Shown here in pieces: positions 8,957 through 17,599 of a stretch of 64,000 nucleotides of DNA. This DNA comes from a virus. How positions within the stretch are numbered: the stretch's first letter is position 1; each line of letters opens with the position of its first letter. The stretch is from the IMG/VR virus record IMGVR_UViG_3300042922_000707, positions 1 to 64,000 of that record. The stretch is one strand, 5' to 3'. The notes below the pieces were generated by a model that saw only the letters and a list, made by a program, of their open reading frames with translations, made no database searches and was not told the origin of the DNA. The position numbers and the translations under genes are program-made.

Positions 8957-9060
8957 ATTATACAGTACAAACATCTAAATGTAAACACTAAATAATAAAA
9001 TCACTGAAATATTTTGTTCCTTTGTAATGCATTATAAAACCGTATTGCCATTATTGTAAA
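8957..9060 (-). promoter_or_regulatory. Tandem promoters for ORF 7833..8915
   Basis: TTTACA-N17-TATAAT (8957-8985) and TTTACA-N18-TATAAT (9031-9060). Confidence 0.7.
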
Positions 9061-9089
9061 ATAAAAATGGCAAAAAGAGCAAATCATGT

Positions 9090-9326
9090 TTAATCCCAAT
9101 GTCCGTGTTTCTTCATAATCTCCGTTACCTCTTCTGCATAGGGCTCATCCATATTTATGACTATGTATCGTTTATCCTGCACATCTGGAATTTTCTTATT
9201 TAATTTATTCATCATTTTGTGCAAGTTAAGTTGGTCTGTTATGGATAGGAACTGCAAAAACTTCCTGTTGATTACTAGGAACTTGTCAAATTTTCCACCT
9301 TGTGCGTTAAGCATACAAACCTCCAA
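9090..9326 (-). CDS. Hypothetical protein
   Basis: In-operon ORF, YIVINMDEPYAEEV motif. Confidence 0.6.
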   Translation of the reverse strand: MEVCMLNAQGGKFDKFLVINRKFLQFLSITDQLNLHKMMNKLNKKIPDVQDKRYIVINMDEPYAEEVTEIMKKHGHWD

Positions 9327-9329
9327 AAT

Positions 9330-9905
9330 TTAATCTATAAATTTACCCATCATTCCCTGTTTGTAGCACAGGAAAAGCCCAGCTGTGTCAAATCTAGCAT
9401 CATGGAATCCTATATCGCCAGCCCCATAAAATTCTCTAGCCATTGCAAGTGCAACCTCGGGTTCAATACCTAAAAACTTCATAAGCTCCTCAAGTTTAGG
9501 CCACTTGTTTCCGAATCTTCCTGGTATCTTACATATTGGTGTAAAATGTTTCATTGTGCAGAAGGTTGACTTAGGCTCAATTTGTAGTTTACATCGCATA
9601 AACTCTGTGTGTAGAAAATTCATATCAAATTGTGAATTGTGTATAACTAAATCGCTGTCTTTAAAATCCACAATCAGTTCGTTTGCTCTGTCCTGAAACC
9701 TAGTGCCTCCCGACAGCTCAGACAGTCTTTCCATAGTGAACCCATGTACATCAGATGCCTGTTTTGGCATTTCATCCACCATGAAAAATTGATTAACTGC
9801 TCCCTTAAATTTTAAGGCACTGTCTGTTATTATGTAAGATAACTGTGCAATCTGTCCGGGTTTAAAACCTGTTGTTTCTGTGTCTAAAAATAGTTTGTTT
9901 GCCAT
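9330..9905 (-). CDS. DEDDh 3'-5' exonuclease (DnaQ/epsilon-like)
   Basis: FLDTETTG, HNSQFD, HDARFD. Confidence 0.9.
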   Translation of the reverse strand: MANKLFLDTETTGFKPGQIAQLSYIITDSALKFKGAVNQFFMVDEMPKQASDVHGFTMERLSELSGGTRFQDRANELIVDFKDSDLVIHNSQFDMNFLHTEFMRCKLQIEPKSTFCTMKHFTPICKIPGRFGNKWPKLEELMKFLGIEPEVALAMAREFYGAGDIGFHDARFDTAGLFLCYKQGMMGKFID

Positions 9906-9920
9906 TCTAAATATCTCCCT

Positions 9921-10463
9921 TTATTTTATAGTGTGGTTGCCATTGCTGAAAACACCTGACAATAGCATTTTTTCTAAATTGTGACTTAACCTAATTTCTC
10001 TATTAGTTCTACTACAGTCACCCAATGTTATTTCAAATAAGTCATCATTTCTTTCCCTTATAAAAATTCTGTAGCCCCTTGTGAACAGGGATGTATGCAA
10101 TAAACTCATTTGAGTCGTGTATATTTCCAGCTCTTCGGATTCTATGGACTTTAATGTTTCATAGTAGCCATGCTGGACGGGTATTGCTAGTTCATCTATA
10201 TCTGACTCATCCATGAAAAATGTTATCATCTTACTTTGCACAATTTCCTTCATTTCCTCACCTCCTACTAATGCCTTAATTTTGTATAACAGCGTTGTCC
10301 TTATCCACTGGTTACATACTTTAGGCTCTGACGGATAGCCGTAATAGTCCACAATTGGCTCATTATTAATGCTTACTACCTCGACATCATTTTCTTGTAG
10401 CCACTTATTTATTTGTTCATCATTTGCACCATCAAAGGTTTTTATTTGGAACACTCTATGCAC
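9921..10463 (-). CDS. Hypothetical protein, probable fusion of two small ORFs
   Basis: Internal in-frame GGAGGTGAGGAAATG. Confidence 0.55.
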   Translation of the reverse strand: MHRVFQIKTFDGANDEQINKWLQENDVEVVSINNEPIVDYYGYPSEPKVCNQWIRTTLLYKIKALVGGEEMKEIVQSKMITFFMDESDIDELAIPVQHGYYETLKSIESEELEIYTTQMSLLHTSLFTRGYRIFIRERNDDLFEITLGDCSRTNREIRLSHNLEKMLLSGVFSNGNHTIK

Positions 10464-10466
10464 CCC

Positions 10467-11348
10467 TTACATTATATACAGTATAAAGCTGTATACGATT
10501 TTGTCATTACATTTCCCGGTCTTGATTTTAAAGTCCAAATCAAAGAGCTTATCTATAATTTGCACCAATGCGTGAGTACTATAATGCTTGGACATTTTCA
10601 TGCAGTTGTTGACAATAAATTTAGGTATCTTTGTTATCTTTACAATCTCATCAGCACCTCTGCCCTGTTCCATCATACTCTTTACAGCCAACACTTTTCT
10701 GTATTGTGTATAGAGCAATGATAGAAGCTTAACATTATTCTCATTCAACTTGTGATAAATATAGATTGCCTTTTCTGCTTCCTTATTACAAATTGCGTCA
10801 ATCATATCAAAAACTTTAAAATTATCCGGTATATGGCAAACTGTCTCAATATGCTCTTCAGTTATTTTATCCTGTGTGTAATTATTAAGCTTGGCAATGT
10901 TGTTCTTTAAATCGGACAAATTATTCTCACTAACTGCCACAAGAAGTTCTGCAGTTGCTTTGGTTATTTTTAAATTACTTTGTGTATACGCTACGAGCTC
11001 CCCCGCTGTAAGTTGCTTAAACTCCACTAATTCTACCCCTATAGGAAGGTTGGAGCACTTACTTGTTATTACTATTAAGTAGTTAACGGTGGGTTTAATG
11101 ACCTTTATAAGCTCCGAAACAAAGGAAGGGTTGTCAACTACTATAATAGTTCTTTTCCTAAACAGCCCACGGTTAAGGATTAGCTTCTGTATGTTGTTTA
11201 CATCATACTCTTCAAACCTTAGCACTTCCGAATCCGTCTTATCCTGCAATACTTTAATGCAGTTCTTCATCATTTCTCTCTCTTCTCCGGCAAAGACAAA
11301 GTAGTTTCCATTACTACCTTTATTCACACTCGCAAGAAATTTATTCAT
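10467..11348 (-). CDS. holA: Clamp loader delta subunit
   Basis: YFVFAGEE, GLF (SLF-equivalent clamp-binding motif), NIAKL, FDMIDAI, LDFKIKTG. Confidence 0.85.
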   Translation of the reverse strand: MNKFLASVNKGSNGNYFVFAGEEREMMKNCIKVLQDKTDSEVLRFEEYDVNNIQKLILNRGLFRKRTIIVVDNPSFVSELIKVIKPTVNYLIVITSKCSNLPIGVELVEFKQLTAGELVAYTQSNLKITKATAELLVAVSENNLSDLKNNIAKLNNYTQDKITEEHIETVCHIPDNFKVFDMIDAICNKEAEKAIYIYHKLNENNVKLLSLLYTQYRKVLAVKSMMEQGRGADEIVKITKIPKFIVNNCMKMSKHYSTHALVQIIDKLFDLDFKIKTGKCNDKIVYSFILYIM

Positions 11349-12202
11349 TAAATCACCCCTCTCAACCTGAGCATCAATGTGTCCACAAACATTGTGAAGT
11401 TAACAGGAACACCCATCTTTCTCTTATAGGAGTCCAGTATTTTAACATTTCTATATGCCTGTTCGGGTGTTATATCGAACTCCTTGTACTTGTCCAAAAG
11501 TGCAATGTCTGTTATAAACTCCTCAGCACCTATTTTTACAAAGTGCAAATCCGTGTATATAACTATCATGGTGTCCAGTAGCAAGCTTAAGTTTTCCTCA
11601 ATGGGCTTCACATGCTCAATAATGTTAAATATGTTTCCAACAGACGTCTTTGGCAAATTGAATATAATTTTAGTGGCAATATTTCTAACATCCACGAACA
11701 GCTTACCCGCTATCCTATCTACAGTCCCAAGAACTCCCTTACAGTAGTTTTGTAGCATTCTATACTTTTTGATGTTAGGATAATTCAATTTTACATACTC
11801 TTCAATCTCGTCGTCTGTATATAGCTTCATTTTAAATAGGTTACACCTACTCTTAATGGTGGTAAGCACCTTACTTGGGTCCTCACACAGTATTAAAAAT
11901 CTTACATGTTCCGGGCATTCCTCCAGTACTTTAAGCAGTGCATTTTGACTCTGGACTGTTAAATTATCCGCATTCCTGATTATGTACTCTTGAGAGCTCA
12001 TATTAACAACCTGCTCTAGTATCTGTCTAATCTGGTCAACCTTTATCTTTTCCACGCCATCCCCAATTACAGTTGAGGATGGGTAGCATTCCAAGGCAAG
12101 GGTTAACTTTCCCATGCCCTTCTTACCCACAACAATGCATGGTTTATCATTATTCAGAACCAGTTGTTTCATTTCCGACTGACCTATCAATTTCTGTCCC
12201 AC
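11348..12202 (-). CDS. holB: Clamp loader delta-prime subunit
   Basis: LIGQ, GKKGMGK, IKVDQIR, QNALLKVLEE, TIKSRC. Confidence 0.88.
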   Translation of the reverse strand: MGQKLIGQSEMKQLVLNNDKPCIVVGKKGMGKLTLALECYPSSTVIGDGVEKIKVDQIRQILEQVVNMSSQEYIIRNADNLTVQSQNALLKVLEECPEHVRFLILCEDPSKVLTTIKSRCNLFKMKLYTDDEIEEYVKLNYPNIKKYRMLQNYCKGVLGTVDRIAGKLFVDVRNIATKIIFNLPKTSVGNIFNIIEHVKPIEENLSLLLDTMIVIYTDLHFVKIGAEEFITDIALLDKYKEFDITPEQAYRNVKILDSYKRKMGVPVNFTMFVDTLMLRLRGVI

Positions 12203-12341
12203 CTTTCTTATTAAAGTAATACATAGGAGCGGAACTGTGTCCCCTCGTGTAACTATATGGTAACTTCACACCAGGTGGTAGACTAAACATCCAACCCAGC
12301 ATACTTACCAATTTCTTAAATATGGATTTCATTCCTCGCAT
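12150..12341 (-). CDS. Small hypothetical protein
   Basis: GGAGG RBS, in operon. Confidence 0.45.
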   Translation of the reverse strand: MRGMKSIFKKLVSMLGWMFSLPPGVKLPYSYTRGHSSAPMYYFNKKGGTEIDRSVGNETTGSE

Positions 12342-12352
12342 CCCTCCACAAA

Positions 12353-12568
12353 TTACTCTTTTTTACTCCACTGTATGATACCCCACACGTTTAATCCAGT
12401 ATAGAATATATACATAGCCAATTGAGCATAATCTCTTCTAATAATGCTATAGAATACCCAAATTAGCCCCGCTATCATCCAAATCCACATGCCCCATAAT
12501 CTTTTGTATATGACGCCCACATTTCCAATTATACTACCAATTGTGGCAACCCAAGACATAAACAACAT
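12353..12568 (-). CDS. PnuC-like small membrane protein (3 TM)
   Basis: Three hydrophobic segments, W..W..N/GIIQW pattern typical of phage PnuC-like proteins. Confidence 0.6.
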   Translation of the reverse strand: MLFMSWVATIGSIIGNVGVIYKRLWGMWIWMIAGLIWVFYSIIRRDYAQLAMYIFYTGLNVWGIIQWSKKE

Positions 12569-13593
12569 TAATTTCTCCCCAGTCCTAATTTAAGTAACTC
12601 ATTTTGTATTAAAAGATATTCATTGTCACTGTATCGTAATTCTGTGTCTAGCTCCTGCAAAGCCTCCAGAAATTTGAAGTCTACAATAGTTGAGTGCCTT
12701 TTAATGTCCACCAAGTTCTCGGGACTAGAATTGATATAGTCAAGCGACTCCTCACCCAGTTTACTATAAATCAAACAATCGTTGCAGTAGTTAAACAAGT
12801 CCTTTATAAATTGTCTCATATCCACACCACTGTAATAAATTGACTTCAACTGCTTAAGTAACTCTGGTGGATTGCTTATATTATTCATAACACCCAAAAT
12901 GGTATCCATGCCAACACTACCCAATATTTTAAGTATATCAGAATATGTTATACCTTCCTTATAGTTCCTAACCTGGTCAAATATACTAATAGCATCCCTC
13001 ATACTACCCTTGCCCATTTTAGCAATGTACATAAGAGCAGTATCTTCCATTTCGATACCCTCTTGTCCGGCAATGTACTTTACACGCCCAAATAGGTCCT
13101 TAACGTCAAAACGTTGTAAATCAAAGCGTTGGCATCTGGAGAGTATAGTCGCTGGAATCTTCTGTGGGTCTGTCGTACATAACATGAATATTATATGTGC
13201 GGGTGGCTCTTCCAAAGTCTTCAACAGGGCGTTAAATGCTCCTGTACTCAACATATGAACCTCGTCTATTATGTAAATCTTAAACTTACCCTTGCTTGGT
13301 CTGTGATTAACTTCCTGCCTTATATTTCTAATGTTCTCGACGCCGTTATTAGATGCTCCATCTATCTCAATTATGTTCATGTCAAGTTCCTGGCGTGTAA
13401 GAACTCCGTCCTCATTTACCATTCTAGCTAGGATTCTAGCCGTAGTAGTTTTACCTATTCCACGTGTTCCTGTGAATAAATAGGAGTGACTTATTTCATC
13501 ATTCTTAATTTGATTTTGCAGTATAATTTTAACATGGTCCTGTCCACAAACGTCCTCAAATACTTGAGGTCTATATTTCTGATATAAACTCAT
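12568..13593 (-). CDS. dnaX: Clamp loader gamma/tau ATPase subunit (short, gamma-like)
   Basis: LYQKYRPQ, GTRGIGKTT, IDGASNNGVE, IIDEVHML, NALLKTLEEPP, ILSRC, GSMRDA. Start moved to ATG 13593. Confidence 0.96.
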   Translation of the reverse strand: MSLYQKYRPQVFEDVCGQDHVKIILQNQIKNDEISHSYLFTGTRGIGKTTTARILARMVNEDGVLTRQELDMNIIEIDGASNNGVENIRNIRQEVNHRPSKGKFKIYIIDEVHMLSTGAFNALLKTLEEPPAHIIFMLCTTDPQKIPATILSRCQRFDLQRFDVKDLFGRVKYIAGQEGIEMEDTALMYIAKMGKGSMRDAISIFDQVRNYKEGITYSDILKILGSVGMDTILGVMNNISNPPELLKQLKSIYYSGVDMRQFIKDLFNYCNDCLIYSKLGEESLDYINSSPENLVDIKRHSTIVDFKFLEALQELDTELRYSDNEYLLIQNELLKLGLGRN

Positions 13594-13855
13594 TAGCCTC
13601 TTCCTCCTGCTGTGCAAATTTCTTAAATGGGCCGTCAAATGAAAAATCCGATAATTTGTGGTTTAGTAATTTTTCTCTTGCCTCATATTTATCCTTCAAA
13701 GTGCTTACTAAAATTTTAACAGGTAGACGTTTATCCAGTGATGCACCATTTTCCCAATTACTTCCCCTCAATGACGCTAAGCCTTTTTCAATCTCTTCAA
13801 TGTCCCTATCCAGTTGCCCAAACTCTTCAAGTATCTGTTTTACAGTTATATCCAT
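13571..13855 (-). CDS. Hypothetical coiled-coil protein
   Basis: GGAGG RBS, 94 aa. Confidence 0.6.
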   Translation of the reverse strand: MDITVKQILEEFGQLDRDIEEIEKGLASLRGSNWENGASLDKRLPVKILVSTLKDKYEAREKLLNHKLSDFSFDGPFKKFAQQEEEANEFISEI

Positions 13856-13907
13856 AACTTACCTCCATTTTTATTTTATATTGTGCAGTACACCCCCAAA
13901 ATAAGTA

Positions 13908-13959
13908 CCTTAATTCTACCATTATAGCCCTTTTTATGGGGGTGTAATACATTTATACT
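13908..13959 (+). repeat. Dispersed intergenic element copy 1
   Basis: CCTTAATTCTACCATT..GTAATACATTTATACT; 40/52 ungapped identity to copy at 50979. Confidence 0.75.
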
Positions 13960-13968
13960 GTAATATTT

Positions 13969-16389
13969 TTATGCAAACACGCTCTCTTCATACTCATCCT
14001 GCACTTCCGACTCTTCTTCACCCAAATCATCATCCAATTCCTCAAGAATTAGTTTTTCATTGTCCTCTCCAACTTCTTCATGCCCTTCCCAATGATATAC
14101 TGGTCCATACCATTGCTCACTTACTTCAGCATCTACTTTTATAACTATACCGCCTCTTTCAATAAGTCTACTACATGCGTCAATCATGCACTGCTTAATA
14201 ATTGGTATAGCCTCTACCAAGTTAGCTTTTGGTATGGAAGTAATAACCTCGTCATGCACTGTAGATATAAGAGTAACATCCAATTCTCTCAGTCGCCTAT
14301 TGGCATATATGAATGCCATGGCTCTTTTAGTTATCTCAGCACTGGAGCCCTGCATTATAGAGTTTACACACTGTCTCTCAGCATCTGAGCGTATCCATGC
14401 ACGGCTGTCCTGCAAATCCGGAAGTCTTCTTTTTGTATGGTACAGCATTTCCACGTATCCTTTTTCATATGCGGAGTCCAGCACGCTTTGAGTGAACTCT
14501 TTAATTGCAGGAAAGGTGTCAAAGTATCGCTCAATCTCTCGTTTAGCCTCTGTCTCAGTACAATCCAGTCCCTCTGCAAGTCCAACCTCAGTCATACCAT
14601 AGTTAAGTCCAAGGACTATTGCCTTAACCTTACCTCTCCATGGGCTTTTATACCCTGTGTCGTCATTGTCCAAGTACTCCTGTTCTGGGTGCCCGGGAAA
14701 GAATAATACTGCCTGTTGTACATACACATCCTTGGCATTCCTATATGCGTCAAGCATCGTCTCATCTCCGGACAGTACAGCTAGAATACGTGGCTCTATT
14801 TGTGAGTAGTCAGTGGAGCATAGGACATTTCCTTCCTCTGCAATAAAGCAACGTCGTATCTTCTTACCAAAGTCAACCTTAACTTCCTGCCCCTCTATTA
14901 ATAATTTCTTTGACTTAGAAGGGATATTTTGTAGATTAGGGTCGGAACTTGAAAACCGGTTGGTAACTGCCTTATAGGGGTTAAAGGAAGTATGAACTCT
15001 TCCGTCAACTGGACTAATAGCCTCCAACAGACCATCACAGTAAGTTCCTATCATTTTCTTAACTGTTCTATATGCTAAAATGCTTTTGCATACTGAAAAT
15101 TGTTTAGCGAGCCTTTGCATAACCTTCTCGTTTGTAGCCTTGCCGTCCTTCTTAGTAGTTGGCCAACCCCATATTGAGAAAAATAAGTCACCTAACTGTG
15201 GGGGGCTGTTTATGTTCAACCCAGGTATAAAAGATGTCCTTAAAGTGTTCCTGTCAAATACCTTAGCCTTACCATTCTTTGTGCTAGGCGGAACATTAAC
15301 AACCTGCACATGGGGATTATCGTCCAGGAATTTATCCATCAATTCCTGCAATTGGGTTTTTATTGTCTTCTCAATGGCAACCTTGTACCCCTCAAATTCT
15401 TCCTTGTTTGCATTTACTCTATCCACGTCAAGTAACATACCTCTACGCTCTGCCGCAATTACTGATGGCAAAACCTGTAACTGTATTACATAGTAGGACT
15501 CAGCAAGACCGGGTCTCTTCTTTATGTGGCTTTCCGCAAACTCCATCCATTCCCAATGAAGTATGGCATCTTTGCATGCATAATAGCCAACCATCCATAT
15601 TGGAAAGTATGCACATGGCGTCTTTTCAAATATCTCATCAAATTTGTCCAATGGATTTTGTTGGTACTGTTTGAGCCACTTATTACACAAGGGCTTCAAT
15701 TTATTTACTGGCTCATTTTCATTTAATACCCTTGATGCTAAATATCCCTCAAACGCAATATCTGGCATTTCAATGCCCAGATTTATCCAAACTACATGGC
15801 TGTCAAACTTACCATTGAATGTTACAACACCACAGTATTCATCGGACATGTCTATGTCGTCAATACTGTTTAGAGTTCGCATACTGTACGCAAGAGATTC
15901 TTCTCTTTTCTTTCTCATAACAGGTGCCATATTTTCTTTTATAAATTCCACAGGTAATTGCTTACCCTCCACAGGCTCTATACAGTCAAGGTGATGTATC
16001 GGTATATACCAGGCATTACCATCACATGGCGTATAAAAAGATATGCCTACTATGTTGTCGCCATGCCATATCTTTAGACCCATAGTCTCTGTATCGTATG
16101 AAAATCTTCTGCACTCCTCAATAGAGCGAAGTAGTCTATCCAACTTCTCGTCCGTGTCCACTATTATGTAATTGCTGGGCCACTCTGAAAGTACGTTTGG
16201 GTGCTTTTTCTTAAACTCATCCACAAGTATGGAAACCGTTTGTTTTATCTTACCAATACTTTTTCCAGCTCCGGACTTCTTAACAGTCCTTTTCTCAGTC
16301 ATGGAGGATATAATTTTATTTATTTCTTTAGGATTTATTACATCCCTCTTTAGATTATTATCAACACCAAAAAGTAAATTACGTTTCAA
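13969..16389 (-). CDS. polA: Family A DNA polymerase with 3'-5' exonuclease domain (no 5' nuclease)
   Basis: YDTET, FNGKFD, YACKDA exo motifs; SSSDPNLQNIP, DYSQIEPR, KAIVLGLNYG, TVHDE. Confidence 0.96.
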   Translation of the reverse strand: MKRNLLFGVDNNLKRDVINPKEINKIISSMTEKRTVKKSGAGKSIGKIKQTVSILVDEFKKKHPNVLSEWPSNYIIVDTDEKLDRLLRSIEECRRFSYDTETMGLKIWHGDNIVGISFYTPCDGNAWYIPIHHLDCIEPVEGKQLPVEFIKENMAPVMRKKREESLAYSMRTLNSIDDIDMSDEYCGVVTFNGKFDSHVVWINLGIEMPDIAFEGYLASRVLNENEPVNKLKPLCNKWLKQYQQNPLDKFDEIFEKTPCAYFPIWMVGYYACKDAILHWEWMEFAESHIKKRPGLAESYYVIQLQVLPSVIAAERRGMLLDVDRVNANKEEFEGYKVAIEKTIKTQLQELMDKFLDDNPHVQVVNVPPSTKNGKAKVFDRNTLRTSFIPGLNINSPPQLGDLFFSIWGWPTTKKDGKATNEKVMQRLAKQFSVCKSILAYRTVKKMIGTYCDGLLEAISPVDGRVHTSFNPYKAVTNRFSSSDPNLQNIPSKSKKLLIEGQEVKVDFGKKIRRCFIAEEGNVLCSTDYSQIEPRILAVLSGDETMLDAYRNAKDVYVQQAVLFFPGHPEQEYLDNDDTGYKSPWRGKVKAIVLGLNYGMTEVGLAEGLDCTETEAKREIERYFDTFPAIKEFTQSVLDSAYEKGYVEMLYHTKRRLPDLQDSRAWIRSDAERQCVNSIMQGSSAEITKRAMAFIYANRRLRELDVTLISTVHDEVITSIPKANLVEAIPIIKQCMIDACSRLIERGGIVIKVDAEVSEQWYGPVYHWEGHEEVGEDNEKLILEELDDDLGEEESEVQDEYEESVFA

Positions 16390-16392
16390 TCT

Positions 16393-16482
16393 CTACCATC
16401 CTTTCTTTCTGTTCGCGTATGGGCAGTCTCTTCTTCCACCACAGCTACCACATCCATAAGCTATCTTGTATGCACATTTCAT
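16393..16482 (-). CDS. 29-aa four-cysteine mini-protein
   Basis: Hand-translated MKCAYKIAYGCGSCGGRRDCPYANRKKGW; GGAGGTGG RBS; between promoter and polA. Confidence 0.55.
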   Translation of the reverse strand: MKCAYKIAYGCGSCGGRRDCPYANRKKGW

Positions 16483-16511
16483 TCCTTCCACCTCCAATTA
16501 GTATACAATGC

Positions 16512-16541
16512 AGTATAAAAGGTTTCAATTTATATTGTAAC
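16512..16541 (-). promoter_or_regulatory. Phage 18-bp-spacer promoter for polA operon
   Basis: GTTACA-N18-TATACT-GCA. Confidence 0.7.
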
Positions 16542-16542
16542 A

Positions 16543-16576
16543 TAAAAAAGGATGGAATATTAAATTCCACCCCCTT
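16543..16576 (-). terminator. Intrinsic terminator after SSB
   Basis: Minus strand AAGGGGGTGGAAT..ATTCCATCCTTTTTT. Confidence 0.7.
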
Positions 16577-16588
16577 AGCCAGCTCTAG

Positions 16589-17257
16589 TTAAAATGGTAT
16601 GTCTTCATCATCGTCAATTGGCTTAAACCTATTAGTCGCACCCTGTCTTTTTGTTGGAGTTGAGCTTGCCGCTCCTGCCCCACCCTTTAGCAATGCAACC
16701 ATTTCATCATAGTCCTTCTTTAGTACAAAGTCATAGATGTCTGGTCTCTCTGGTAACTTCTCAATTGGTATTAATAATTCACTTTCATCATATGGGTCGA
16801 TGTCATAGGAAGTTCCAGTATCACCGGATTTACCGTTTCTAAGTATTTCATACACATGCTTTCTTAAGTCTTTTTTCTTGCTTATTAAGTTAAGGATACG
16901 ATTTATTACATCCCTACCTCTATCCCATAACTCTATCTTTGGTTCCTTTGGTACTTTTCCCTTTTCGTCTGGTCTCCAGCTTAACAGATACAGGAATAAT
17001 CTTAGTGATGTCTTGCTACCCTGCTCACACATTGCACAAGGTTTCTCATACATCTTTAGGCACTCCACATATCTCTTCTTTCCGTCCACCTCTATTTGGT
17101 GCGTAAGTAATACGTTTAGGTCATCCGCATCCTTGTGCAGGAATTGAACATCTGCTCTGTCCCCATCCTCTTTCAACCCAAAAAATCCGACATTTGCTCC
17201 AGTGGCAAAAGTGTCAATTGCGCCTTTAATTGCATCAATACCTTTAAAACCTGCCAT
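16589..17257 (-). CDS. Phage single-stranded DNA-binding protein (gp32-like)
   Basis: FF.LK.DGD, C-x7-C-x2-C, RNGKSGDTGTSY, acidic C-terminus DDDEDIPF. Confidence 0.8.
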   Translation of the reverse strand: MAGFKGIDAIKGAIDTFATGANVGFFGLKEDGDRADVQFLHKDADDLNVLLTHQIEVDGKKRYVECLKMYEKPCAMCEQGSKTSLRLFLYLLSWRPDEKGKVPKEPKIELWDRGRDVINRILNLISKKKDLRKHVYEILRNGKSGDTGTSYDIDPYDESELLIPIEKLPERPDIYDFVLKKDYDEMVALLKGGAGAASSTPTKRQGATNRFKPIDDDEDIPF

Positions 17258-17319
17258 AAATAATTTCCACCTTTCTTGTTTTAAGTTTTTTAGTTTGGAA
17301 AGTGTTTAAAGTGTTTTGG

Positions 17320-17481
17320 TTAGGAATTAAGTTGTTGGTTAAATTGATTAATGACTAGTTTGAGTCTATTTTCAGGCATTATCCCATCGGCACTAACTTT
17401 TCCATCCTTCTCAGTAATGATTACAAAGTTACCCCATAAAATATGTCTCGTCTTTTTTAGTACTGTGATAAGTCTTTTCAT
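17320..17481 (-). CDS. Small hypothetical protein (53 aa)
   Basis: Hand-translated MKRLITVLKKTRHILWGNF..; GGGAGGG RBS. Confidence 0.5.
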   Translation of the reverse strand: MKRLITVLKKTRHILWGNFVIITEKDGKVSADGIMPENRLKLVINQFNQQLNS

Positions 17482-17531
17482 AGACCAATTCCCTCCCTAA
17501 CAAATTACCTACGTTCCGTAAAATAAAAATA

Positions 17532-17592
17532 GGCTTTATACTGTACTTGTATTTTACAATGCAGTATAAAGCCATTCGTTCGTTTATGTAAA
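17532..17592 (-). promoter_or_regulatory. 18-bp-spacer promoter overlapping a terminator hairpin
   Basis: TTTACA-N18-TATACT (17563-17592); perfect 12-bp IR GGCTTTATACTG/CAGTATAAAGCC followed by T-rich tract. Confidence 0.7.
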
Positions 17593-17599
17593 CTGGTTT

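Noticed and set aside
10480-10510. Eleventh N18 promoter at the end of holA
   Set aside because: The -10 region matches (TTTATACTGTA), but there is no TTTACA at 18-bp spacing.
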